This document shows positions 34,111-43,840 of a stretch of DNA of 48,803 nt, piece after piece. The notes under the pieces were generated by a model. That model was not told the origin of the DNA, did not search any database, and worked only from the letters and a program-made list of their open reading frames with translations. How positions within the stretch are numbered: the stretch's first letter is position 1; each line of letters opens with the position of its first letter. Source of the DNA: Candidatus Woesearchaeota archaeon (GTDB lineage Archaea; Nanobdellota; Nanobdellia; Woesearchaeales; DSVV01); the NCBI GenBank assembly GCA_043813525.1, contig JBDRKY010000068.1:1-48803 (forward strand), given 5' to 3'. The position numbers were made by a program, and so were the translations under genes.

Positions 34111-37100
34111 TCACCTGTTTTTGTTTTTGAATTTTGCTAATTTTTTCAAAGCATCCCTGCTTTTTGATTTAACACCCAGTTTATCCAATGTGTTTATACT
34201 GCCTTTTTTTAGTTTGGATGATAATTTATCCAATGCAGAATCTGGTTTAAGTTTATCAGAGGATTTGTTCTTATTAAATCCAACTGATTTAACAGTTATT
34301 TTTTCTGTTTTGTCTGGTTTATTTTTAGGAATTGGCTTAACTAAAGATTTAACTGAAGATTTTGTAGTTGATTTAACTGATTGTTTAGCTGTTGGCGTAG
34401 TTGATAATATTTTGGGTGCAACCCTAAAATCTGTTTCTGTTTCTTTATCAGTTTTAGCCTTAAAAGCAGATGCAATCTCAAGCTTCTGTGCTTTAGTCTC
34501 AGCTTTTATTTCTTTAGTAAGTTCTTCTTTTCTTTTTTCATTCATTTCTTCCTTTCTTTGTTCTTTTGCTGCATTTATTCTTATCTTTCCAGCCTTAACT
34601 TCTTTTTCTGTCTCTTTAGGCTGGAGCTTAATATCATTACTTAATTTAGATCTTTCATCAAAAGCATTAAACATCTCCAATCTTTGCTTAAGTTTGCCAG
34701 ATGTTTTTTTCTGTCTCACATCTCTTGATAATGGCCTGAACAACGCATTCATATTATTAATCATGCTATTTTGCATTGACCTTTGCATTGGTTTAGGTTG
34801 CTGCATACCCTTTATGACAGGCCTTTGCTGCTGGATTGATTGAATAGTTTTAGGCATTTGCTGATGCATATTTTTGTTAGGAAATAATGGTTTCTCTTTT
34901 AAAAAATAATTAATATAATAGTAATATCCACAGCCGCCAAGCCCTGCAATCAATAATATCAAGATCAACCAAACAAATAAACTTGTACCCCCTTCTTTAT
35001 TATCATCTTTTTTAGGTTCTTCTGTTGTAGGTGGTTTTTCACATGAACTGCATGGTCCGCCGCAATCTATGCCTTCTTCTCCTTGATTTTTGATGCCATC
35101 ATCACAGCTTGCTGTTGATTCTTCACCTGGTTTGAGCTCACATTCCTTTGGACATTGTCCGCCACAATCAGCACCAAGCTCCTGTCCGTTCTGCACACCA
35201 TCATTGCATGTAGGTAAAGTACATAAACCAGCTTTGCAGTATCCACTTATGCAGTCACTATTGATATTGCAGTTCATATCATCTGCGCATGCTGCACAAT
35301 AACCGCCGCAATCTATGTCTGTCTCCAATTGATTAATGATGCCATCATCACACCCTGCACTTATGCATATGCCTAATTCACACTGGCCGCTCATACAATC
35401 AGAAACAAGATTACAGTTTTTACCATTTGAACATTCTTGGCAGCTTCCACCGCAGTCTATATCAGTCTCATCGTTATCTTTTACATCATTTTTACATAGA
35501 TCAATCTCTTCGTCAATCAAAATCTCCTCACCCGGATTATAATTAGGATCAACATATGTGCTATTGCTTGCGACAACACTCCATAAGCCAACAGAATTCT
35601 GCGCAATCACATTCCACCAATAAGTGGTCTCATTGTTTAGGTTTAGATTTTTTATTGTTTTCTTGTGGTCATCTGTTGAGCTCCATTCATATATATCATC
35701 CAGTCCAGCTGCAGTACCTATTGAAAAATTATATAATGAAACCATGATACCTTCATCATCTTCTGCTTCCCAGCTTGCTGTCAATGTTGTCAATGAATTA
35801 GTATAAGGCTGTGTTTTGACTTGAATATCAGGTGGTGATAGGTCTATATAAAATATGAAATGATCTTCAATCCATCCTTCTGCTGCAGTAAGGCATCTAA
35901 AATAGAAATCATGCTTGCCTTCAGAAAGCTGCAGAGGACCAGCAGTATGTATTTTATATCTATCAACACCTTCACTTACAGTGTTCATAACATATTGTTC
36001 TATCAGTTCTTTACTTGGACCAAATTCACAATTTGCTGCTTGTTTAGTTGTATGTAATTCAAAGGATACTGTGTTATAACCTAAATAAGTTTCAGGTTTG
36101 ACAAGAGTAAATCCTGTGAACATGGAAGTATTGACATTAAAAGTGAAATTTGCTTTTTCAGATATATGGTTTGATGCAGGCTCTGTTGGACCATTATCAC
36201 ACATGACATAATAAGTATAGCTATACCCATCAAACAGATTAGTTAAAGGCTGTTCATTGACAAAACTTAAATTTTCATATCCGTCAAAAGGCGTCATTGA
36301 AAAATAAGAGTCTGTATTGACAGTTGAGTATTTACATCTTGATTTATCATCTGTCACAATTGTAAGATTTGTAATAAGAGGATGTTCAACAATATTAGGC
36401 GGGCTTTTCCTGTCACTTGGCTCAATGAATACTTTCTCAAGGCTTGGAGGGGTGACATCCCATATCAATTCAACCTCTTTGATGTCAAACAAACCACCAG
36501 GGAAATCACATTTGATAAATACTGTATAATAAGTCTCTTCTGCCATCCCAGGAAAATTAATATGCTTCTTAAACTGTCTTCCTGATAATTTTTCTAATTG
36601 TGAAGTATAACCAACAAGAGGATTTGTTGATAATTTGCAGGTATCTGCAGGAGGAAGCTCTTTTGCGGTCTCAATGATAAGATCAAACTCTTCCACATCA
36701 GAAACACCTTTGATTGGTGATATTACATTTAATAGCTCTCCTTCAAAAGTAGATATGGCAATATAATACTCATAAACTGCAGAATCTTTGCCTGACCTGT
36801 CTTTTGCTGTCAAAACAATTTTATTATAACCTGAAGAAAGTTCTAATTCTTGGAAGAAATCATTGTTTGCATCAATATTCTCAAAAGATTGTATTGGTTC
36901 AAATTCTAATTCAATAGTTCCATCACCTGAATCTGCTCCATTTGTTCCAGTTGTTTTTGTTCCTGATGTTCCTGTTGCACCTGTTGCTGCCTGTAATTTT
37001 TGCAAAGCTTCTGCTGACAGACCATATACATTTATGTCTAATTTATTATTTGCAGGTGGACTAACTTCAGAATCACTATCAATTACTGCTCCTTTTAAAT

Positions 37101-40100
37101 TAAATAAAGTAGTATAATAGATATAAGGATTGAGTGGATCTGAATGAGGTTTAAGCAAAGGTACATCAATTACAGGACCATTATCAGAATCAATCAAAAG
37201 CTTGATGCATTTCTTTTGTTCTTGATTTCCACCATAATCTGTTCCTAAAGAATTATAAATATTTTCCTTTGATTGGTAACATAACCATTGTGATGATGCT
37301 GAAGATTCCACTTTGACAGATATATAAGGATCTATTACTGTTCCTTGTTGGCCTACACCTGACTGACCAATAACTTGTTGATTTCCAAAAGAAAGGTCGC
37401 ACTTAGCAGCACCTGATTGCAGGCAATAAATAGTATTTTCACAGCCAAAACCAAATTCAGGCTCATCATTGCATTCCAAGAACACAGAATCACCAGCCTC
37501 ATCTTTGTTATACCATTTTGAATAATCAAATGGCACACCACTGCCGCTTGTCAAGCTAGTTACTGGTGGAGTGATATCATAGACAAATTGTATCTCATCT
37601 TTGTGTAATTCATTGCTTAATGCAGGGAATTTGCACATTACTTTAAACTCATAAAGGCCATCTTCTGCCAAAGAGCTCTGTGTTGAATATTTCTTGAATT
37701 TACCGTTGGTATTATCATCTGTTTCAGTATCAAAAGATGTCAAGAGCTCAAATGAATCAGATGTACCATACCTGCAGTCACCTTTATGCAATGTTTTTAT
37801 TTCTAATTTGATAGGAGAATAATCAATCTTACCCATAGGAAGTGATGCCTGTATCTCCTGATCAGCATCAATAGTCACAAAAGTAGTCTTATTGATTTTA
37901 TTATCAAGCATATCTGTGCATACCACAGTATAATAATAAGTTCCATCTGTAAGACCATTATAGTTAGACTGAAAATATTGTCCCTGCTCATAATTAATCT
38001 TTTTTATACCATCATAACCTTCAAAGATATCATAACATTCCTTTGCAATCTCATCCAGTTCAACTGCAAAGAGTATAGAACTATCATCATATGGCTTTGA
38101 TTTGTCATAGGTAATGTATGGTGTAATCTTTATTTCAGGAGGTTTTTTATCAACATTAAATATGAAGCTTTTTACTTCTTCAAGATTTTTTGCGCCATCT
38201 GTTGAATAAAAGAACATAGTTTGTTTACCATTTTCTTTTGGTATTGAGATATAATCTAAGCCATCTTCAGGCTTAAATAATATGTTAGGATAACAATATC
38301 CTTTATACCCTTCATAATTAACTGTTAATTCTGTTGTTTCAGCAGAAAAGCCATAATTCTGATTGTTTGGGTGGCTGATTATGCTCTCAGACAACAATTT
38401 GTCTTCAGGAAAACAGTAATAGGTCTTTAATTCACCTGAACTTGGTCTGCCGTAAGGTGTTGGATCAGTGACAGCAAATTTTAATCTAATCTCATCAACA
38501 TTTGCAGGGACAATAACTTCTGTGACAGGAGGAATTATATCTATGGCTTTTTTACCAAGAGCAGTGCCGCCATCATGCTTGCCATCACCATCTGCATCTT
38601 TTATGCAATTATCACTTAATGGATTCCACCTGCATACACCTAATCCGAGAATGTCATTGCTCTTCCATTTGAGCTTGTTTGTACCCCATATCCTTTTTGT
38701 CCCGCCAGAAGTAAGATACCATGCATCAACTTCAACATCCCACGCATCCCCTGTTCCTTTGTAGCCATTTGCATGGCAATCTTTCTCATTATCTTTATAA
38801 TTAGTGCATGTCAACTCATGCTGTTCAACACATTTTTTGTTTAGATAATTGATATAGCATTTTGTATTTTCTGTGCTGAAACTTTCATAACATATATCTT
38901 TGGTGCATGAAGCAAATACACTGTTAGCACTCATTTTGTTGCACATATCACATGTCTTATAGTTTTCAACTTCATTAATACATAAGCCAATATCTAAAGA
39001 TCCTTTTTCAATTTCATCAGTTAATTTATTATCATAAGATGATTTCCACATACAGTTTTGTGCTAAGCATTTATTATTTGGCGTAAGATCATCCTCATCA
39101 AGAGCATATTGTTCACATGCTGTCTTAGATTTATAATCTGAACAGCTTCCTATATTTTTGCAATAACCATAAGCATCTTTGACAGTATTTGTAAAATCAT
39201 AATTGCAGATTGCATTTTTACTGCAGTCCATCTCAGAATCAACAACATTATAATCCATAAACCCTTTAGGAACACCAAGCATGCTTCCGTCTTTTCCTAA
39301 GCTGCCATACATGTTAAAAGGCTGTCCGCAAAATATACATGGTGTATTTGAAATGCAGCCAGTAGTGACTTTCCCATTTTCCTTTTTTTCGATACATATT
39401 GTATCAGGCCATGAATCACCATAACCATCACATTCATCAGATTGTAACAGATTATTTTCATCACAATAATATTTAAGGCTTTCAGAACCCACACCCATAC
39501 CTTCCCCTCTTAGACAAAAATCACCAGTATGGCTAAGACAGATATTGTGGCCTGAAGCAATATGTTCAATAGTTGAAAAACTTACTTCTTTGTCAGGATA
39601 AGTTGATTTGATGACATAGCTGTAATGTTTAAGATTATTATTAGAATTGCTTCCTTCAATCTTTGTATCATAGATACCAATAACTTCATAATTAGGGTTA
39701 AGGTTCGCACCTGGTTGGACAACACCATCTTTGCCAAAGCAAGGCATCTGTATGATAGTATCTGAATCTTTAGAATATACTATGCATTGTACTTGATCAG
39801 TTATATCTGTAAATTTAAAACTTGTCTCTAATGTAATCATGCTTTGAGAATCAGCGCCGCAGTTTCCTGGTGTGCCTTCGCATCTCATGATATTGAGTTC
39901 AATATTATTTTCCTGACAGCCAAAATAAAAACTTATGTTAATCCTTGGTTTTCCATAATCATGATTCAGTTTTAATTCCTGTGCAGGCATATGAAGACTC
40001 ACACATTTACACTGTCCGCATGTATCAGGAATGCCATCATTATATTTACAATCATTCACATTGCTTTTTATTATATCACCATTAGAGTTAGTTTCAGGAA

Positions 40101-41328
40101 AACAGCATTTCCAAAGATCATCTACTTCATCAAGATATGACACATCATAAATGTTCAATGATGGATTTTGGCTGTAATACCCATTGAAGCCAACAGGCCT
40201 GCAGCCATCAGGAGCAGCTGCTGATGCTTTAAGATTAGAACATTTCAGAGAAAAACAATCAGGATCAACACAATTCTGCTTATTATCCTTATCCTGATCA
40301 ATCTCTGCAGGATCAAGACATACTTCAATTGAACCTATTGGTTCAACACCAATCTCTACCAATTGGCTGTTTGAGCATTGATATTTATGCTTGCCATCTG
40401 CTTTAATCTCATAAGTGATTTCATTTTCAACACAGGCTGCACATGGCTCTTGGCTGCATTTACCATTGCAGCAATATTTTCCAGTGAAATAAGATGGTTT
40501 TGTTCCTGTGTAAGAAACAGTGTAATCAGGTATTGTATTTGGAAAGCCACATACATTGTTTCCGCATTTGCATAGTTCATCATTCTGTTTATCCACACTG
40601 CATTCATCAAATTCACAGCTTTCTGATACACCATAAGATTTGGTGCAGCAATCATCAGGATTTACTATTTTTTTGGTTGTATCAGCTGGGTTCAATAGAT
40701 TATTATAATATTGTTTTTTTTGTTCAGCATCATCTTTGTTATAATAGTTTGGAGCATAGAACCAGTTTTCATAAAAACCAAAAAAATCAATCTTACCATC
40801 ACCATCATTATCAATGCCATCCATACATTCAAGCTTTTCTAATGTTTGCATTTCAGAATCATCTTCAAGCCCGACACAATCTTTATCTTTAGGATAATCA
40901 AATAGACCATCCTGATCATCATCCACTCCGTTTGAACATGCTGGTAATTTACCGCTTTTTTTATAAACATTTGTTAGATCAACGCAATATTTTTTACATC
41001 CGTCAAAAGATTTGTCACCACCTTTAAACACAGGATTTGATAAGCTGTTACAGTATGCTTTTGTAATCACTGCATATTGTGCATAAACCTTGTCTACAGA
41101 ATTAAGAGAACAGCAGCATCCAATCTGGCATAGCTCATTATCAGATGATACAATCCCACCTGTATCTTCACATTGTGCATCATCTGCTACATTTTCTCCA
41201 TCACCAATCCCCTCACATGGCATATCTGGCAGATTAGGATATAAACACATATCAACAGCATTGACAGAACTAATTAAAATACTAAAAACTATTATAAATA
41301 TAACCAACTCTTTTTTAACAAATTTCAT
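34111..41328 (-). CDS. Giant (2405 aa) Cys-rich type I membrane surface protein with Lys-rich cytoplasmic tail
   Basis: Uninterrupted 7.2-kb ORF with ATG start. Signal peptide IFIIVFSILISSVNA. CxDGxDNDGDG-type acidic Cys motifs (~40770-40970). FN3-like segment (~35550-35850). Four DCGGxCxxC modules (35035-35505). TM helix LFVWLILILLIAGLGG (~34905-34985). 262-aa Lys/Ser/Thr-rich tail. Confidence 0.85.
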   Translation of the reverse strand: MKFVKKELVIFIIVFSILISSVNAVDMCLYPNLPDMPCEGIGDGENVADDAQCEDTGGIVSSDNELCQIGCCCSLNSVDKVYAQYAVITKAYCNSLSNPVFKGGDKSFDGCKKYCVDLTNVYKKSGKLPACSNGVDDDQDGLFDYPKDKDCVGLEDDSEMQTLEKLECMDGIDNDGDGKIDFFGFYENWFYAPNYYNKDDAEQKKQYYNNLLNPADTTKKIVNPDDCCTKSYGVSESCEFDECSVDKQNDELCKCGNNVCGFPNTIPDYTVSYTGTKPSYFTGKYCCNGKCSQEPCAACVENEITYEIKADGKHKYQCSNSQLVEIGVEPIGSIEVCLDPAEIDQDKDNKQNCVDPDCFSLKCSNLKASAAAPDGCRPVGFNGYYSQNPSLNIYDVSYLDEVDDLWKCCFPETNSNGDIIKSNVNDCKYNDGIPDTCGQCKCVSLHMPAQELKLNHDYGKPRINISFYFGCQENNIELNIMRCEGTPGNCGADSQSMITLETSFKFTDITDQVQCIVYSKDSDTIIQMPCFGKDGVVQPGANLNPNYEVIGIYDTKIEGSNSNNNLKHYSYVIKSTYPDKEVSFSTIEHIASGHNICLSHTGDFCLRGEGMGVGSESLKYYCDENNLLQSDECDGYGDSWPDTICIEKKENGKVTTGCISNTPCIFCGQPFNMYGSLGKDGSMLGVPKGFMDYNVVDSEMDCSKNAICNYDFTNTVKDAYGYCKNIGSCSDYKSKTACEQYALDEDDLTPNNKCLAQNCMWKSSYDNKLTDEIEKGSLDIGLCINEVENYKTCDMCNKMSANSVFASCTKDICYESFSTENTKCYINYLNKKCVEQHELTCTNYKDNEKDCHANGYKGTGDAWDVEVDAWYLTSGGTKRIWGTNKLKWKSNDILGLGVCRWNPLSDNCIKDADGDGKHDGGTALGKKAIDIIPPVTEVIVPANVDEIRLKFAVTDPTPYGRPSSGELKTYYCFPEDKLLSESIISHPNNQNYGFSAETTELTVNYEGYKGYCYPNILFKPEDGLDYISIPKENGKQTMFFYSTDGAKNLEEVKSFIFNVDKKPPEIKITPYITYDKSKPYDDSSILFAVELDEIAKECYDIFEGYDGIKKINYEQGQYFQSNYNGLTDGTYYYTVVCTDMLDNKINKTTFVTIDADQEIQASLPMGKIDYSPIKLEIKTLHKGDCRYGTSDSFELLTSFDTETDDNTNGKFKKYSTQSSLAEDGLYEFKVMCKFPALSNELHKDEIQFVYDITPPVTSLTSGSGVPFDYSKWYNKDEAGDSVFLECNDEPEFGFGCENTIYCLQSGAAKCDLSFGNQQVIGQSGVGQQGTVIDPYISVKVESSASSQWLCYQSKENIYNSLGTDYGGNQEQKKCIKLLIDSDNGPVIDVPLLKPHSDPLNPYIYYTTLFNLKGAVIDSDSEVSPPANNKLDINVYGLSAEALQKLQAATGATGTSGTKTTGTNGADSGDGTIELEFEPIQSFENIDANNDFFQELELSSGYNKIVLTAKDRSGKDSAVYEYYIAISTFEGELLNVISPIKGVSDVEEFDLIIETAKELPPADTCKLSTNPLVGYTSQLEKLSGRQFKKHINFPGMAEETYYTVFIKCDFPGGLFDIKEVELIWDVTPPSLEKVFIEPSDRKSPPNIVEHPLITNLTIVTDDKSRCKYSTVNTDSYFSMTPFDGYENLSFVNEQPLTNLFDGYSYTYYVMCDNGPTEPASNHISEKANFTFNVNTSMFTGFTLVKPETYLGYNTVSFELHTTKQAANCEFGPSKELIEQYVMNTVSEGVDRYKIHTAGPLQLSEGKHDFYFRCLTAAEGWIEDHFIFYIDLSPPDIQVKTQPYTNSLTTLTASWEAEDDEGIMVSLYNFSIGTAAGLDDIYEWSSTDDHKKTIKNLNLNNETTYWWNVIAQNSVGLWSVVASNSTYVDPNYNPGEEILIDEEIDLCKNDVKDNDETDIDCGGSCQECSNGKNCNLVSDCMSGQCELGICISAGCDDGIINQLETDIDCGGYCAACADDMNCNINSDCISGYCKAGLCTLPTCNDGVQNGQELGADCGGQCPKECELKPGEESTASCDDGIKNQGEEGIDCGGPCSSCEKPPTTEEPKKDDNKEGGTSLFVWLILILLIAGLGGCGYYYYINYFLKEKPLFPNKNMHQQMPKTIQSIQQQRPVIKGMQQPKPMQRSMQNSMINNMNALFRPLSRDVRQKKTSGKLKQRLEMFNAFDERSKLSNDIKLQPKETEKEVKAGKIRINAAKEQRKEEMNEKRKEELTKEIKAETKAQKLEIASAFKAKTDKETETDFRVAPKILSTTPTAKQSVKSTTKSSVKSLVKPIPKNKPDKTEKITVKSVGFNKNKSSDKLKPDSALDKLSSKLKKGSINTLDKLGVKSKSRDALKKLAKFKNKNR

Positions 41329-41353
41329 GTTATAGTTAAATCTATTAATTAAT

Positions 41354-41370
41354 ACTATATATAAAGTTTA
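41354..41370 (-). promoter_or_regulatory. BRE/TATA-like box for the 2405-aa gene
   Basis: The minus strand reads taaactttatatatagt. The TATA portion lies 28-35 nt upstream of the ATG at 41328. Confidence 0.35.
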
Positions 41371-41429
41371 TTAGTTTTATGTTATTATTGATAAATAGTT
41401 ATATATTATTAATACATATTGAGAAAAAA

Positions 41430-43808
41430 TTATTTGCATCCATCTTTTGTACATTCTTTATCTTTAGAGCATGGTTTAGATACTGTCTTAAAATTATGAT
41501 TAGACACCTGCATATGAAAATAACATATATCTTCATTATGGCAATAGCCTTTATAGAATGAGCCTTCAGTGCATGGACCAGGGATATAAATAAAATATAC
41601 ATTTTTGTCTGGAATCAAAGATGTCATCACAGAACTTTTTTGGTTGACACTATAAATTTTCTTGTTTATGTAAAGGTTTTTGTTGCCATCAGCAGCATCA
41701 TAACCAAAAGTATTGCCGCCTTTCTCTACAAAATTTCTGAACTCATCTGTTTCTGGTACAACAAAAGGGCCGGCATTGTTCACTGTATTTTTGACAATAA
41801 CATATCTTCCATCTAAATAATACATCTCATAAGGAAGTTTAGTCCCTTCTAATGCTTTGGATATAAGCACATCAAACTCATCATTGTTGACAGGTGACTG
41901 CATTGTTTCAGTTGACATTTCTGTTGGTTGTTGAGATGATAATGGTTGTGTTTCCGTTGGTTGTTGAGATAGTGATTCTGTTGGTTGGATAGGCTGGATA
42001 GGAGAAGTATCATGTTCAATATCTGAATTTGGAGATTCAGAATATTCTGGAGCAATTGGTACAGTAGGAATAGAATCAGATGAACCTTCATCTCCACTTG
42101 GTGCAAAAAATATTGATTGTGCAATTACCTGTTTTTTCCCCAAAGTTACAATGCTATCTTGAAATACCCCTAAAGATTTTCCTTCGACAATATAACCTTT
42201 TGAATTATCATATGTACTGAATGCATCTTTAGGCAGTATTAATATTTTAATTTCCTGCCAATCACATTGATTCATCAAATCACATACTTTGATTTTAATT
42301 ATTCTTGCACCAATATCTTTTTTTCCAAGTTTGTAGGTCACTTTTCTTAATGGAGATGCAGGCGATGAAGAAGAGAATGATGAAGGGGCAGTCGTTGATA
42401 CCAGACAGCTTTTGATGCCATTCAAAAAACTATTGATATTAGAATTTTCTGAGCCTGAAAATATACAATCAAGAGCACCATCGCCATCTTTATCTTCTTT
42501 AAATTCAGTATATCCATTAACAAAATTTCCATTTAGCCAGCTTTGGAAATCATATATATAACCATAATTCATAAGATTGTCACTGCCATAATAATCTTCA
42601 TCAGGATCATAGCCATAAGGATCAATGACTAAAGTCATTCCTTCAACAAGTATTGCATCATAATCAAAATTATCCATTTTCAGACCATCAATAGTGATAT
42701 AATCAAGTGCAGGATATCTATTTTGGAAAACAACCTGATAATCAAATTTATGTCCATCGATCATCGATTCAGTATCACTTATTGTTATGATATAATCTTT
42801 GTTAGGCAGTAATTTTTTTTCAACAATCATACCAGGTTTAAGGCAGCTTTTATCATTATCACTTCCGCAATTTTTCAGGACTGCTGCATTTCTCACATCA
42901 AAAAATATATTTTTTGAATCCTCCTGCCTGATTCTAGCCAATAAATCAAACATCTGTTTCAGCCTTATATTTTTTTCAACAGTTATGCCGCTGATATCAA
43001 TTGTTGGCGAAGTTTCATCAACTGTTATTGACAGACTTAAATTCATCCTTGAAATCACAGTAGTCTCACCAATGATTATATCAACATTCATATTTTCTTT
43101 AATGATATTATACCCTTGAAGCTCTGGTAGAGATTCTAATTTTATGCAGTCATCTGTTTTTTGTGTGATGTAGCTTTCCAGATATTCCTGTACTGAATTT
43201 ATATCTTTGATGTCAGCAGAATCAAACATTTTAGGTGCATCGCCGCAGTATGGATCAATTGAATCATGAAAGCTGTTTGGCCCATTTTTATCACATAATG
43301 GAATAAAAGGGTCGTCAGATAATGCACTGATAAATGGTGTTGAGAAAGAAGTATAGCCGTATACAGCAATATCTGAGCTTAGAAAAGGCTCTGATATTGC
43401 AGTATAAATTTCATTCTTAAAAGGATATTCCGGAACTTTTCTGCCAGTTCCTGTTGCAGAAACTTCAGGAGCAAGAAGAGCATAATGTATCTTCACACCA
43501 TCTTCATCTTCATAATATCTGCTGTTCTTGTCAGGTTTGCCGTTTATAGTCTGGCTGTCATAGATAGCACCGCCTTGTTTTCCAATGAGCTGCAGGCCTT
43601 GTTTTGTTGCTTGATCAAGACAGCTTTTGATATAAGTAGTATATTTTCCTTTTCCTATGAATAGCTCTTCAACCTGCTGCTGCTTTGCCTTGACAGATTT
43701 GCCTGTGCTGTTAGACACACCATAGAAAGCCAAACCTATAAGGATTACAGCAGTTATACCAAGAATCATAAAAATAGCAATTTGAGATTTCCTGTTCATG
43801 TTCAGCAT
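41430..43808 (-). CDS. 792-aa protein with pilin-type N-terminus and large extracellular body
   Basis: The track start at 43811 is TTG. The ATG at 43808 gives MLNMNRKS-QIAIFMILGITAVILIGLAFYGV. GAGGGG lies 10 nt upstream. There is a Pro/Gln/Thr/Ser-rich linker (~41880-42110) and a Cys-rich C-terminal ~50 aa. Confidence 0.8.
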   Translation of the reverse strand: MLNMNRKSQIAIFMILGITAVILIGLAFYGVSNSTGKSVKAKQQQVEELFIGKGKYTTYIKSCLDQATKQGLQLIGKQGGAIYDSQTINGKPDKNSRYYEDEDGVKIHYALLAPEVSATGTGRKVPEYPFKNEIYTAISEPFLSSDIAVYGYTSFSTPFISALSDDPFIPLCDKNGPNSFHDSIDPYCGDAPKMFDSADIKDINSVQEYLESYITQKTDDCIKLESLPELQGYNIIKENMNVDIIIGETTVISRMNLSLSITVDETSPTIDISGITVEKNIRLKQMFDLLARIRQEDSKNIFFDVRNAAVLKNCGSDNDKSCLKPGMIVEKKLLPNKDYIITISDTESMIDGHKFDYQVVFQNRYPALDYITIDGLKMDNFDYDAILVEGMTLVIDPYGYDPDEDYYGSDNLMNYGYIYDFQSWLNGNFVNGYTEFKEDKDGDGALDCIFSGSENSNINSFLNGIKSCLVSTTAPSSFSSSSPASPLRKVTYKLGKKDIGARIIKIKVCDLMNQCDWQEIKILILPKDAFSTYDNSKGYIVEGKSLGVFQDSIVTLGKKQVIAQSIFFAPSGDEGSSDSIPTVPIAPEYSESPNSDIEHDTSPIQPIQPTESLSQQPTETQPLSSQQPTEMSTETMQSPVNNDEFDVLISKALEGTKLPYEMYYLDGRYVIVKNTVNNAGPFVVPETDEFRNFVEKGGNTFGYDAADGNKNLYINKKIYSVNQKSSVMTSLIPDKNVYFIYIPGPCTEGSFYKGYCHNEDICYFHMQVSNHNFKTVSKPCSKDKECTKDGCK

Positions 43809-43840
43809 CAATCATTTACCCCTCTTTTAATCTTAATATT

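Noticed and set aside
34121-34843. 240-aa plus-strand ORF opposite the Lys-rich tail of the 2405-aa gene
   Set aside because: Its Leu/Ser/Phe-rich translation is the complement of AAR/GAR-rich codons. It is an artefact of low-complexity coding sequence.
41356-41369. tatatataaagttt shared with 48144..48157 as a possible locus-specific regulatory motif
   Set aside because: Similar AAACTTTATAWA-type strings also precede unrelated genes (for example 13853-13864), so this looks like the generic BRE/TATA consensus. The 48144 copy is about 120-140 nt from the nearest minus-strand start.
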